52,655 nucleotides of DNA, taken from positions 1 to 52,655 of the forward strand of contig QMPV01000003.1 in NCBI GenBank assembly GCA_003648765.1. Direction: 5' to 3'. Below the pieces are notes generated by a model that was not told where the DNA came from, did no database searches, and saw only the letters and a program-made list of their open reading frames with translations. The translations under genes were made by a program, and so were the position numbers. Of the stretch, positions 24,890-33,403 are shown piece after piece. Each line of letters starts with the position of its first letter. Position 1 is the stretch's first letter. Source of the stretch: Candidatus Aminicenantes bacterium. Lineage in GTDB: Bacteria; Acidobacteriota; Aminicenantia; Aminicenantales; Aminicenantaceae.

Positions 24890-26662
24890 TTGAAGAAATT
24901 AAAGATTTTTCAGAAAGGCAGTAAATTTGCTTTCATTTTTTCCTATTTCCAGCTATTTCCTCCCCGGTCTTTTAAGCAGGCCCTAAGTCTTTCTCTTGCC
25001 GGTCATTTACTCTTTTTTGGGGCTATAATTTTCACTCAATCGAAGGATGTTCACTTAATTTCAACCAAGAGAGGCTGGCTTCCGGCCTGGTTGAGCCGAG
25101 TTACTTCTCTCTCTTCCCCCTCGGCTTCGCTCTTACCTACGCTTCCTCCCGCCTGGCAAGGCTCTCTTTTTGACAGTATTGACAAGTTTAACTTGCCGGA
25201 GGAAGAGAAAGCAGCTCTTTTAGAGAAACTCCTTCGTTCCTGGATTGGTTCTTATCAAGATAAATTCCCCCCAGGTGAGATGCCTCTTTCTCCCCAGGAA
25301 CTTTTGAAATTCTGGGAGCAGCAGCCATTTTTTAATTTTGACTCAGGTGATGTTGTTATTCCCTCTTTACCTCCAGTGCCGCCGGATGAGCTAAAACTGT
25401 TTTTTTTACCGAAAGAAAAGAAGGAACAACTCCAGGAATTCAAGTTCCGTGGTCAGGTAGATCGAGATGATGTGGTTATTTTTCGGCATAAAGTGTTGAT
25501 TAAGACCCCGGAAGGGAAGGTGGCTATTCCTGAGGAATATTTTTTTCGTCAATGCCCCTATGAACAACTTCTAGCCTGTGGGGCAGGGCTTTTTTATATT
25601 ACCGAAGGCTTTCCGGTTCTTGATGACTCGGCAAAGAGGAAGGCGGAAAAGGATGACTCTTTGTCTCCAGAGGCTGTTTTAAGTGGAAACCGCTTTCTCG
25701 GAGTTGAAGATTTTAAAGTTATTCTAGTTCATCCTCCGAGCTCTGAAAAGCCGCCCCCACTCCAACTTGAGCCAGAGGATGTTTCTGACCGGCCTCCTTT
25801 GAAAATTTACCAGCCTGAGCCTCAACAGGTGCAGCGATTGCTGGACTCATTGATGACTTTCTCAGAGGGTCTCCAATTTAAATTTTTTAAAGAGAAATAC
25901 CTGGATAAATATCATCCTGACCAAGGAGACTTGCCGCGTTTAACCAGGGAATTTATTAAATTAAATCTAAGTAATGTGATTATTGCTTATAATCCCATTG
26001 CCGGTGCTTTTGGGTTTATCGAACAGCTTTTTTATAGCAAACATCTTGATTATGCTTTTCTGGAGTATTGGCGTCGTCATCCTTATACCCGAACTGGGTG
26101 GGAGGCTCTTTTTTATATTGCTTCTCATCTGAATTTTGAAAAACGTGGCCTGGCTTATCTTTACCACGCTTATGATGAAGCTAAGATAGCCCTCAGGCGG
26201 TGGGGAGTGGAAACAGATGTTCATCAGAAGAAGGCCAAGGCTTATGTTATTAAAGAAGTTTTTGAAGAATTGCTGTCGATTTTAAAGCAGAAAGGTTATA
26301 AATCGCTTGATGATGTGCTGACCTGGTATGCGCAGAAAGAGGCAGAAATTTATAAATTTATGGCTTCTCACGGGGGCGAAATCAAAAATAGAGCTTTATT
26401 TGCTCTGGGGCTTCTTCATTGGGAGGAGGGAGAGGAAGAGAAGGCCCTTTCCGTATGGCAAGACATCGATTCTGCTTATGCTGATGAAACCTTTCAGGAT
26501 ATTAGAGAAATTATGAGCTATTCTCTTCCCTTGGCCAAGAGAATTAAAATGATTCGAGGGGTGCTTAATTGGGAGCAGAATCGTTCAAGTGAAGAGCAAT
26601 TGGATCGGTTAATTAAATTTCACCGGTGGCAGGTCCGGACTAAGACTCTCCCAGTTGTTTAG
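24890..26662 (+). CDS. hypothetical membrane-anchored protein, no recognisable domain
   Basis: 590-aa uninterrupted ORF (TTG start). One N-terminal TM (LSLSLAGHLLFFGAIIFT). Pro-rich linkers. The helical C-terminal half is possibly TPR-like (ALFALGLLHWEEGEEEKALSVWQDI). I recognise no catalytic motif. Confidence 0.7.
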   Translation: MKKLKIFQKGSKFAFIFSYFQLFPPRSFKQALSLSLAGHLLFFGAIIFTQSKDVHLISTKRGWLPAWLSRVTSLSSPSASLLPTLPPAWQGSLFDSIDKFNLPEEEKAALLEKLLRSWIGSYQDKFPPGEMPLSPQELLKFWEQQPFFNFDSGDVVIPSLPPVPPDELKLFFLPKEKKEQLQEFKFRGQVDRDDVVIFRHKVLIKTPEGKVAIPEEYFFRQCPYEQLLACGAGLFYITEGFPVLDDSAKRKAEKDDSLSPEAVLSGNRFLGVEDFKVILVHPPSSEKPPPLQLEPEDVSDRPPLKIYQPEPQQVQRLLDSLMTFSEGLQFKFFKEKYLDKYHPDQGDLPRLTREFIKLNLSNVIIAYNPIAGAFGFIEQLFYSKHLDYAFLEYWRRHPYTRTGWEALFYIASHLNFEKRGLAYLYHAYDEAKIALRRWGVETDVHQKKAKAYVIKEVFEELLSILKQKGYKSLDDVLTWYAQKEAEIYKFMASHGGEIKNRALFALGLLHWEEGEEEKALSVWQDIDSAYADETFQDIREIMSYSLPLAKRIKMIRGVLNWEQNRSSEEQLDRLIKFHRWQVRTKTLPVV

Positions 26663-27357
26663 AAAATTCTTTCTTTGGAACTTACTTTTTTATAAATACG
26701 GTCAAGGAGACGGGCTTTAAAACGGACAGCTACTATATAAGGAGGTTCCCCTTCTTTCCAGTAGCCGTAAGACACAGCCAAGATAGTTCCATCCGGCAGA
26801 ATTTCAACTCCTGGATAGCCACAATCCCAGGCGTGGAGGTTATCCATTAGGCGTACCCGATACTGTGCTTCTCGGCCGTGAACCAAATCCTCGTAAGTAC
26901 CTACCCAGGCGACCCAATCCCCTTCAGTCGGGCTGCCTCGGTCGGGAGAGATGTCCCGGAAGGAGATAAAGAGGCGGCCATCCGGGAGATATTTGCCTGT
27001 ATGGCGGTCGCCGGTAAGCGAACCAGGAAGTTCACGGGGAGCCGACCAGGTTTTCCCTTCATCATTGGAGAAAATTATCATGGAGTTGTAACGCCGTGAA
27101 TTTTCGCGCAGGAGAGCGGCGATTTGGTGGCCATCGGGCGAGCGAATCAGTCCGGCTTCACAGAGATGGAAATTTGAGGAAGAATATATCGCCCGGGGTT
27201 TTGACCAGGTTAAACCGCCGTCCTTAGAGAAACATTGATAAAGAGTAAATTTGCCGCTGGGTGGGCCTCCTCCTTGGATGAAGCGGCCATCATCATGAAA
27301 CATAGCTAAATAATGACCAGGGCCTGAGCGCAGAGGAAGGCAACTGGACATAGCCAC
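26659..27357 (-). CDS. 3' fragment of a frameshifted gene: BNR/Asp-box sialidase-like beta-propeller
   Basis: Asp-boxes SKDGGLTW and SNDEGKTW. This frame is actually open upstream to 27579, where it encodes KKSLDGGRTWSERLSVPASWATSQEVPTIFRTIDAQGKRRLLLFSGLFPIRLAISEDNELTWTELTPIGQFGGIVAMSS..., so it continues the upstream ORF after a 1-nt shift. Confidence 0.8.
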   Translation of the reverse strand: MAMSSCLPLRSGPGHYLAMFHDDGRFIQGGGPPSGKFTLYQCFSKDGGLTWSKPRAIYSSSNFHLCEAGLIRSPDGHQIAALLRENSRRYNSMIIFSNDEGKTWSAPRELPGSLTGDRHTGKYLPDGRLFISFRDISPDRGSPTEGDWVAWVGTYEDLVHGREAQYRVRLMDNLHAWDCGYPGVEILPDGTILAVSYGYWKEGEPPYIVAVRFKARLLDRIYKKVSSKERIF

Positions 27358-27406
27358 GATACCTCCGAATTGGCCGATGGGAGTTAACTCTGTCCAGGTT
27401 AGTTCA

Positions 27407-28615
27407 TTATCCTCGGAGATAGCTAACCGAATGGGAAATAGGCCTGAGAAGAGAAGCAGTCTTCTCTTGCCTTGAGCATCTATTGTCCGGAAGATAGTCG
27501 GGACTTCTTGAGAGGTAGCCCAACTGGCTGGGACTGAGAGTCTTTCGCTCCAGGTGCGGCCGCCATCGAGGCTTTTCTTTCATAATGATGGCTCCCCGGC
27601 CGTGGCCTTGAGGATAAACCACAATGATAGTTCGGCCGTCTTCAAGAAGAACAGTGGTTGGGTGTCCCAGATAGTGTTCTGGGTCTTTATCGATGATTAT
27701 CTGAATTTTTTGCCGGGACGCCAGGTCAATAAGTGGCAGCTGAAAGCTTGGCGGTTGACTTGAAGGAGGGAGAGAAGGCTGAGAGTGGCCAGGAGGGGAG
27801 AAAATTAGTTCTTTTATTTTATCGGCTAACCAAGTAGCGATTAATTCGTGTCCTTGGTCATTGGGATGAAGACCATCGCTTAAAAGCTTTTGGACTTGGC
27901 CTTCTCCTTTAACTTCTCTCGTTTCCCAGAGTCGGAAAACGTCAATGAGAGGTAAGGAGAATTGACGACTGAGATTCCGGACAACCCAAGCGTAATTGCG
28001 CAGTAAAACATTGATGCCTCGGGGAAAGCGATGATTATAGGGGGGCTGATTGAAGACTCTTTTTAAATGGGGTGTCCAGCGCATAGGATTGGTAGTCATC
28101 AGGAGAACATAGATCTTTTTCTGGAGAAGGGTTTCAATGAAATAACGCAGGTTGCTTTGGTATCGGTCTAAACTTACCCAAGGAGTTGTTCGGCCCCGGG
28201 TGAAGTCAATGGCCGCATCATTAAGACCAAACTGAATGATGACCAGGTGGGGATGATAGGCCAGGACATCATTTTCCAATCGAGGACGGGCGTCTTCTGT
28301 GGTCTCCCCAGGAACGCCAGCGTTGTAGGTTTCGATAGTCAGACCAAATGAGGATAATTTTTCCTGTAATCGTTCGAGATAAACCTTTTTTACTCCTGGT
28401 CGGCGAGCAGTCGTGGAGTCGCCAAAAGCTACTATCCGCAAGGGCTTATCTTGAGGAAGAGGTGGGAGTTGAAAATGGTGGCCAAAATTTTCTGAACTTG
28501 ATTGACAAGAAGCCAAGAGCATCGTGAGGAAAAAAGCCAAAAGAAGAACAAACAAAATTTCACTGGAACTCCCTTTTTGAGAAATGTTTTTTGGCCAGCC
28601 TCGGGACAGCTTCAT
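27407..28615 (-). CDS. 5' fragment of the same frameshifted gene: signal/TM + SGNH/GDSL hydrolase + start of the sialidase-like domain
   Basis: Block I VAFGDSTTARR (GDS). Block III AGVPGETT. Block V SDGLHPNDQGH (DxxH). Pro/Ser linker PPGHSQPSLPPSSQPPSFQ. Then HPTTVLLEDGRTIIVVYPQGHGRGAIIMKE. After about 27575 the frame reads as low-quality sequence until the stop at 27407. Confidence 0.8.
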   Translation of the reverse strand: MKLSRGWPKNISQKGSSSEILFVLLLAFFLTMLLASCQSSSENFGHHFQLPPLPQDKPLRIVAFGDSTTARRPGVKKVYLERLQEKLSSFGLTIETYNAGVPGETTEDARPRLENDVLAYHPHLVIIQFGLNDAAIDFTRGRTTPWVSLDRYQSNLRYFIETLLQKKIYVLLMTTNPMRWTPHLKRVFNQPPYNHRFPRGINVLLRNYAWVVRNLSRQFSLPLIDVFRLWETREVKGEGQVQKLLSDGLHPNDQGHELIATWLADKIKELIFSPPGHSQPSLPPSSQPPSFQLPLIDLASRQKIQIIIDKDPEHYLGHPTTVLLEDGRTIIVVYPQGHGRGAIIMKEKPRWRPHLERKTLSPSQLGYLSRSPDYLPDNRCSRQEKTASLLRPISHSVSYLRG

Positions 28616-28624
28616 TTTTTATTT

Positions 28625-31027
28625 TTATTTATTACGTCCGCCAGGGGGCAAATGTGTCAGAAGAAAATTAGTCATGGTCCGATAAAGATGGCGGGTGGTG
28701 TTGGGGCCTTCAGAAATACTATGAGTCCGATTGGGATAAATCATTAACCAAAAGAGCTTGTTATATTTGATTAATTCGTTGATTAGAGCCGCTGTACTCT
28801 GGAAGTGGACATTGTCATCACCGGTGCCGTGGATAAGGAGGAGGTCGCCTTGAAGCTGATGAGCATAGGTGATAGGTGAACCTTTGAGATAATTTTCTTT
28901 ATTTTTCTCCGGCGGCCCCATGTATCTTTCTTGATAGATTGAATCGTAATAAAGTTGGTTACTCACAGGAGCTATGGAAATTCCGACCTTATAGAGATCA
29001 GGATAACGGAAGAGGAGGTTGAGAGTCATTGAACCGCCCCCACTCCAGCCCCAAACACCAATTCTCGAGGCATCAAGATAAGGCCTTTCTTGGAGAAGTC
29101 GGCGCAGGGCAGCGGCCTGGTCTTGTGAAGCCAAAAGGCCGATTTGGCCGTAGATACTTTTGCGCCATTGGCGGCCCCGAGGAGCTGGAGTGCCTCGATT
29201 ATCAAGACTAATAATTATATATCCTTGTTGGGCCAAGAAGAGATGCCAGAGATAACGTTTGCCTCGCCATTGGTCCACTACTGTCACTCCGGCTGGTTCA
29301 CCATAGACATGGATTAGAAGAGGATATTTAAGGGCGGGGTCAAAGTCAGGTGGATAAATACACCAGCCGTCTAGTAAAACTCCTTCTCCGATATCAACCC
29401 GAAAGAATTCAGTAGGTCGCCGTTGAAGACGGTCGATTCTTTTCTTTACCGCCGCGTTGTCTTCCAGAATGGCTAAGGTTCGGTGGCTAGGTAATTCGAT
29501 TAGCTGTGTTGTCGGCGGGGTGTCAAAATTGGAGTAGGTATGAATAGCCCAGCGACAGTCGGGGGAGAGTTGATAACTGTTGGTGCCAGTAAAGCTAACG
29601 GGAGTAAGCTTTTGAGGACGCCCGGCAGGTTTGAGGCGAGTTCGGTAAAGATAACGCTGAGTCGGCTGGTGCGGCGAAGCCATGAAATAGAGCCAGCCTC
29701 TTTTTTCGTCGACACCCAGAAGTTTAATGACATCATAATTACCTAGGGTTAAGAGCTTTGGTTCTTCTTGGCCTTCCTTAGAGACTAAATAAACATGCCG
29801 CCAGCCATCTTTTTCCGAAATCCAGGTGAAATAGCGGCCTTTTTTTAACCAAAAGAATTCATCAACAGCTTCTACCCAGGTTTCATCGGTTTCAGTATGA
29901 ATTACCTTAACCTCGCCAGTTTGAAGGTGGGCTTTCATGACTCGGAGTGTGTTCTGAGCTCGATTCAATTGTTGAAAAATTATCTCTTGAGAATTTTCCC
30001 CCCATTTCAGCCTGGGAATATAGTTGTTTCGGGGATCACCCGGGGTTTTAATCCAGGTGACTTTTCCCTCAGCAATTTTGATTACTCCTAACCGGCAGGC
30101 GGAATTGGTCTGACCCACTTTGGGATAAGGAAATTGAAGGAGACGGGGATAGAGGGAGTCAGTGTAATTGATCAGAGTGAAGCGGGGAACATTTTGGGTG
30201 TTGAATTGCCAGAAAGCAATATATTGGCCGTCAGGACTCCAGCGGAAGCCGTCCCGCAGCCCGAATTCTTCTTCATAAACCCAATCGGAGGTGCCATTGA
30301 TTATGGTCTCAGAACCATCGCTGGTCAGCTGGCGGGCTTGGTGGGTTTTTAAATCCTCGAGCCAGATATTGTTTTTGTAGACATAAGCTACTTGATCGCC
30401 TTGGGGGGAGAATTTAGCGAACATGAGGGAAGAAGGTTGAGCCTGAGCCCCGATTTTTTGCAGAAGCCCTGAGCTCAAGTCGAGTACCCAGTAATCTCCG
30501 CGGGTATGACGACGCCAGACTCGCTGACTATTGGTATAAATTAGCAGTTTGGTTCGGTCCCGGGAAAAGGTGAATTTTTCGATGGACAGAGGTTTTTTTT
30601 CACCCAGAGGGATTAGGGCGGGCGCTTCAATAATCACCTGTTTTTTCATCTGAGGGAAAGTCCAAAGGACAATATCCTGGGCTTCTGGAAGAGAGGCTGA
30701 AGGTTGGAGAGTCAAATAACCAGAAAGTTCGGGAACCCATTGGATGGGCGGGAGAGCTCGGGTATTGAATTCAGAGGAAGCAAAGATTCTATCTAAAGTG
30801 AGGCGTTCTGAAGTTGAGGGCGATGGCAATGGCAGGGCTTCAGGAGATGATTTTTTGGTTGCAAGAGAGTCAGGTGATTTGACCGGAGAAGAGAAGTTTG
30901 GTAGCTGAGCCAGAGGAGAAAGCAAAAATAATCCTATCAAATAGGCAGCACCCCTCTTCTTAGAGAAAAGTTGGGCTGAGGAGATAAGAAATCTTTTGAT
31001 TTTTTCTAAAGAGGTAAATCTCTGCAT
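28625..31027 (-). CDS. dipeptidyl-peptidase IV-like S9B serine peptidase, exported
   Basis: AAGGAGG RBS. Signal/TM. DPP-IV hallmark SDWVYEEEFGL. Nucleophile VWGWSGGGSMT. HGTGDDNVH. The stop lies 9 nt before the next gene. Confidence 0.9.
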   Translation of the reverse strand: MQRFTSLEKIKRFLISSAQLFSKKRGAAYLIGLFLLSPLAQLPNFSSPVKSPDSLATKKSSPEALPLPSPSTSERLTLDRIFASSEFNTRALPPIQWVPELSGYLTLQPSASLPEAQDIVLWTFPQMKKQVIIEAPALIPLGEKKPLSIEKFTFSRDRTKLLIYTNSQRVWRRHTRGDYWVLDLSSGLLQKIGAQAQPSSLMFAKFSPQGDQVAYVYKNNIWLEDLKTHQARQLTSDGSETIINGTSDWVYEEEFGLRDGFRWSPDGQYIAFWQFNTQNVPRFTLINYTDSLYPRLLQFPYPKVGQTNSACRLGVIKIAEGKVTWIKTPGDPRNNYIPRLKWGENSQEIIFQQLNRAQNTLRVMKAHLQTGEVKVIHTETDETWVEAVDEFFWLKKGRYFTWISEKDGWRHVYLVSKEGQEEPKLLTLGNYDVIKLLGVDEKRGWLYFMASPHQPTQRYLYRTRLKPAGRPQKLTPVSFTGTNSYQLSPDCRWAIHTYSNFDTPPTTQLIELPSHRTLAILEDNAAVKKRIDRLQRRPTEFFRVDIGEGVLLDGWCIYPPDFDPALKYPLLIHVYGEPAGVTVVDQWRGKRYLWHLFLAQQGYIIISLDNRGTPAPRGRQWRKSIYGQIGLLASQDQAAALRRLLQERPYLDASRIGVWGWSGGGSMTLNLLFRYPDLYKVGISIAPVSNQLYYDSIYQERYMGPPEKNKENYLKGSPITYAHQLQGDLLLIHGTGDDNVHFQSTAALINELIKYNKLFWLMIYPNRTHSISEGPNTTRHLYRTMTNFLLTHLPPGGRNK

Positions 31028-31347
31028 TGATCCTCCTTGTGTAAACGATTTTAATAAAAAAGACCTCCTTAGCCAATAACTAAAAACTCAATTGGTTGAG
31101 TTTTTATGAAGTAAAGAGATATTTACAGCAGTGGCCATATTAATTTTTTGGCCAGAAAAAAAAAGATTTTTTGCGGGAAGCCTCCGGCGAGGAGAGACCC
31201 GGTCTGGGAGTAATTTTCGACTTAATTAGAAGTTATAGCTAAAATCGTGTATGTTTCGGTAACTATAATATAAAAAGGGATTTGCCTTTTCCGGGGTCAA
31301 AATGATTTTCGGCGGTGAGATTGAAATTTAATTAGATATAATTAATT

Positions 31348-32001
31348 TTAAAATTTAATTACTAGACCTAGAAGAGTCTGAAAGGCTGTTTCAGGCTTGT
31401 CCAGGTCAAAGTATTGAATTCGTCCTGCTAAACAGGCTCCAAAATGGTCGGAGAAATAGTATTCTAACCCTAATCCGCCACCCATAGCAGTGACCGTTTT
31501 TTTCTTTTCTGGGGGTTCTACGCGTGTTTCTATGCCGAGTTCGGAAGTGTAGATCCTGGTCTGGGGGTTAAGAATTTGACTTAAGCCGACTCCACCTTGC
31601 AGAAAGAAACGCCAGGAAGGTTTATTTATCAAATTGAAACCTAGGATAAGTCTGGCTTCAGCATGAGGATAAGTGTCGATGGTTACTCGGTCATTATCGC
31701 TGGGGTCATGAAGAGTAGCCGGCCCAGCTAGCGTGTACTGAGTTTCAAAACCAAAATACACTCTGCCTGGGTCATAGATTAAGCCAAATCCCAAACCATA
31801 GTTCTGATGGGCATCAGTTAGAGGAAAGTCATTGGTGCCTTCGATGTAGTGGGCCTCACTCCCTGAGCTGAGATAAAAGTTGCCGGCTCCGTAAACATAG
31901 AACCTGCCCCTTGCTTGGAGGGAAGAGGATAAGAGAAGTAAGAAGATACCCAGAACGGCGCCACTAAAGTTTTCTCGACAAGGAAAAAATATTTTCTTCA
32001 T
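31348..32001 (-). CDS. small outer-membrane beta-barrel protein (OmpW/OMP_b-brl-like)
   Basis: Signal peptide ending SSLQA. Beta-strand periodicity. C-terminus ...TLLGLVIKF ends in Phe. Its ATG overlaps the stop of the upstream peptidase gene (TAATG). Confidence 0.7.
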   Translation of the reverse strand: MKKIFFPCRENFSGAVLGIFLLLLSSSLQARGRFYVYGAGNFYLSSGSEAHYIEGTNDFPLTDAHQNYGLGFGLIYDPGRVYFGFETQYTLAGPATLHDPSDNDRVTIDTYPHAEARLILGFNLINKPSWRFFLQGGVGLSQILNPQTRIYTSELGIETRVEPPEKKKTVTAMGGGLGLEYYFSDHFGACLAGRIQYFDLDKPETAFQTLLGLVIKF

Positions 32002-33380
32002 TAATATTTTCCTTTCGTTATTTTGACATTGATTAACTTGATGGTCAATTGAGTATATCTTGTTTCCAAACCGTCGGTAACAAAGAACCGGGGACGATAG
32101 ACACCAGCATGGGTATGATTAGTTTTCCAGGTGAGCAAACCTTGGCGGGTATTGAAATCAGCTCCTGGAGGAGGATCTTCAATTCCGAAGAATAATTCAT
32201 CATCATCGGGGTCGTAGGCCCGCAGCTGGACAGTCAAAGTTTCACCTTCTTTGATAGAGACAGAATCGAGGGGATAAAGAACAGGTGGCTCATTATCCCG
32301 AGTAGCCCCCCAGGCTTGAAGGACCCATTTGCCAGTCCGGCAGACCCCGCGACGGATCTTGAAGTAACCTTGTTCTCCCCAATCATGTCCCCAAGAATTT
32401 TTGGCCATCCAGCAGTTCTGATGGTCATCATAGCCCACCAGGACCACCAGGTGTCCCCCTTCATAAGTAGCCGCTGAGGTGGGTTCATAAATTCCCCCTC
32501 GATAAGCATAAAAGTCGGAATACACCGCCATATAGAGCACTAACGGGCCTTCCAGAAGAGCTGATTTAATTCGGTTTTCGTCTACGCTACCCAGGGTGAC
32601 CCACCCCCAACCCTTTATCCTGGTGAGTGTTTGAGCGTGGTGGGCACAGAGGTTACCAGCAGTATCGCTGGCTTGATAAAAGAAACAATGTTCGGGACCT
32701 ATACCAAAATTAAGAATATAATCGAGAGCTTTCCAAGCTTGCCCGCCGTCACAATTCCCCGCAGGGGAACAGGAGATAAGTTCTTGTTCAGAAAGATCAG
32801 GATAATTAAGGGCTTGAATAATAAATCCTGGAGTAAACTCAGGCGGAAAGGCGGGAGGTCTTTTTATGGCGGGGAGGCCGGAGCGAGAAGGTGGTGAGCC
32901 TTTTTCTTGGTTAATAGTAAAGCGATTATAATCAATATTATAGACGGCTTCGACCATACCCAGAGCGGCAAAGGCCCAGCAACTGCCGCAACCGCCTTGG
33001 CTTTTAACTGAAGTTAGATAATTCCGTCCCTCCACATTGCGCCAATCCCAGCGGACAGGCAGGGAGGCTCGCACCCTCACGGGAGCCAGGCGCGGCGGTT
33101 GTTCAAATGAGGGAATAAATCCTCCCAACCATTTTTTCCTTTCGCTGGGGGGGAGACGAGTGAGGTTGGTTTCGCCGGCTTGCCAGTGGAGTCCTTCTTG
33201 CTGGATAAGCTGATTAAGGAGGGATATTTCTTCGGGAGAGGAGGAGGAAATTATAAAAGAGAGAAAGCTGGCACTTAGAATTATGATGGCGCAAGTAATT
33301 GCCATCTTTAGAAAGAAAGCTTTTTTGCCAGGCCTAGGAAGAAGCAGAGGCGATTTTTGTTGTGGTTTATGAAGAGACAT
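32001..33380 (-). CDS. papain-family (C1) cysteine peptidase with a C-terminal Ig/cadherin-like domain
   Basis: SQGGCGSCWAFAALG (oxyanion Gln + Cys). GGHLVVLVGYD (His). AKNSWG (Asn-Ser-Trp). The C-terminal region of about 90 aa (EPPVLYPLDSVSIKEGETLTVQLRAYDPDDDELFF...GVYRPRFFVTDG) resembles a cadherin/He_PIG-type Ig domain. N-terminal TM anchor. Confidence 0.9.
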   Translation of the reverse strand: MSLHKPQQKSPLLLPRPGKKAFFLKMAITCAIIILSASFLSFIISSSSPEEISLLNQLIQQEGLHWQAGETNLTRLPPSERKKWLGGFIPSFEQPPRLAPVRVRASLPVRWDWRNVEGRNYLTSVKSQGGCGSCWAFAALGMVEAVYNIDYNRFTINQEKGSPPSRSGLPAIKRPPAFPPEFTPGFIIQALNYPDLSEQELISCSPAGNCDGGQAWKALDYILNFGIGPEHCFFYQASDTAGNLCAHHAQTLTRIKGWGWVTLGSVDENRIKSALLEGPLVLYMAVYSDFYAYRGGIYEPTSAATYEGGHLVVLVGYDDHQNCWMAKNSWGHDWGEQGYFKIRRGVCRTGKWVLQAWGATRDNEPPVLYPLDSVSIKEGETLTVQLRAYDPDDDELFFGIEDPPPGADFNTRQGLLTWKTNHTHAGVYRPRFFVTDGLETRYTQLTIKLINVKITKGKY

Positions 33381-33403
33381 AAACCTAAATTACCTCCGAT
33401 TGC

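Noticed and set aside
31082-31105. AT-rich hairpin AAAAACTCAA-TTGG-TTGAGTTTTT between the OM barrel and DPP-IV genes
   Set aside because: The 10-bp stem has only two G:C pairs. It could be a weak bidirectional terminator, but its stability looks marginal and it sits 55 nt upstream of the DPP-IV start, so it is left uncalled.
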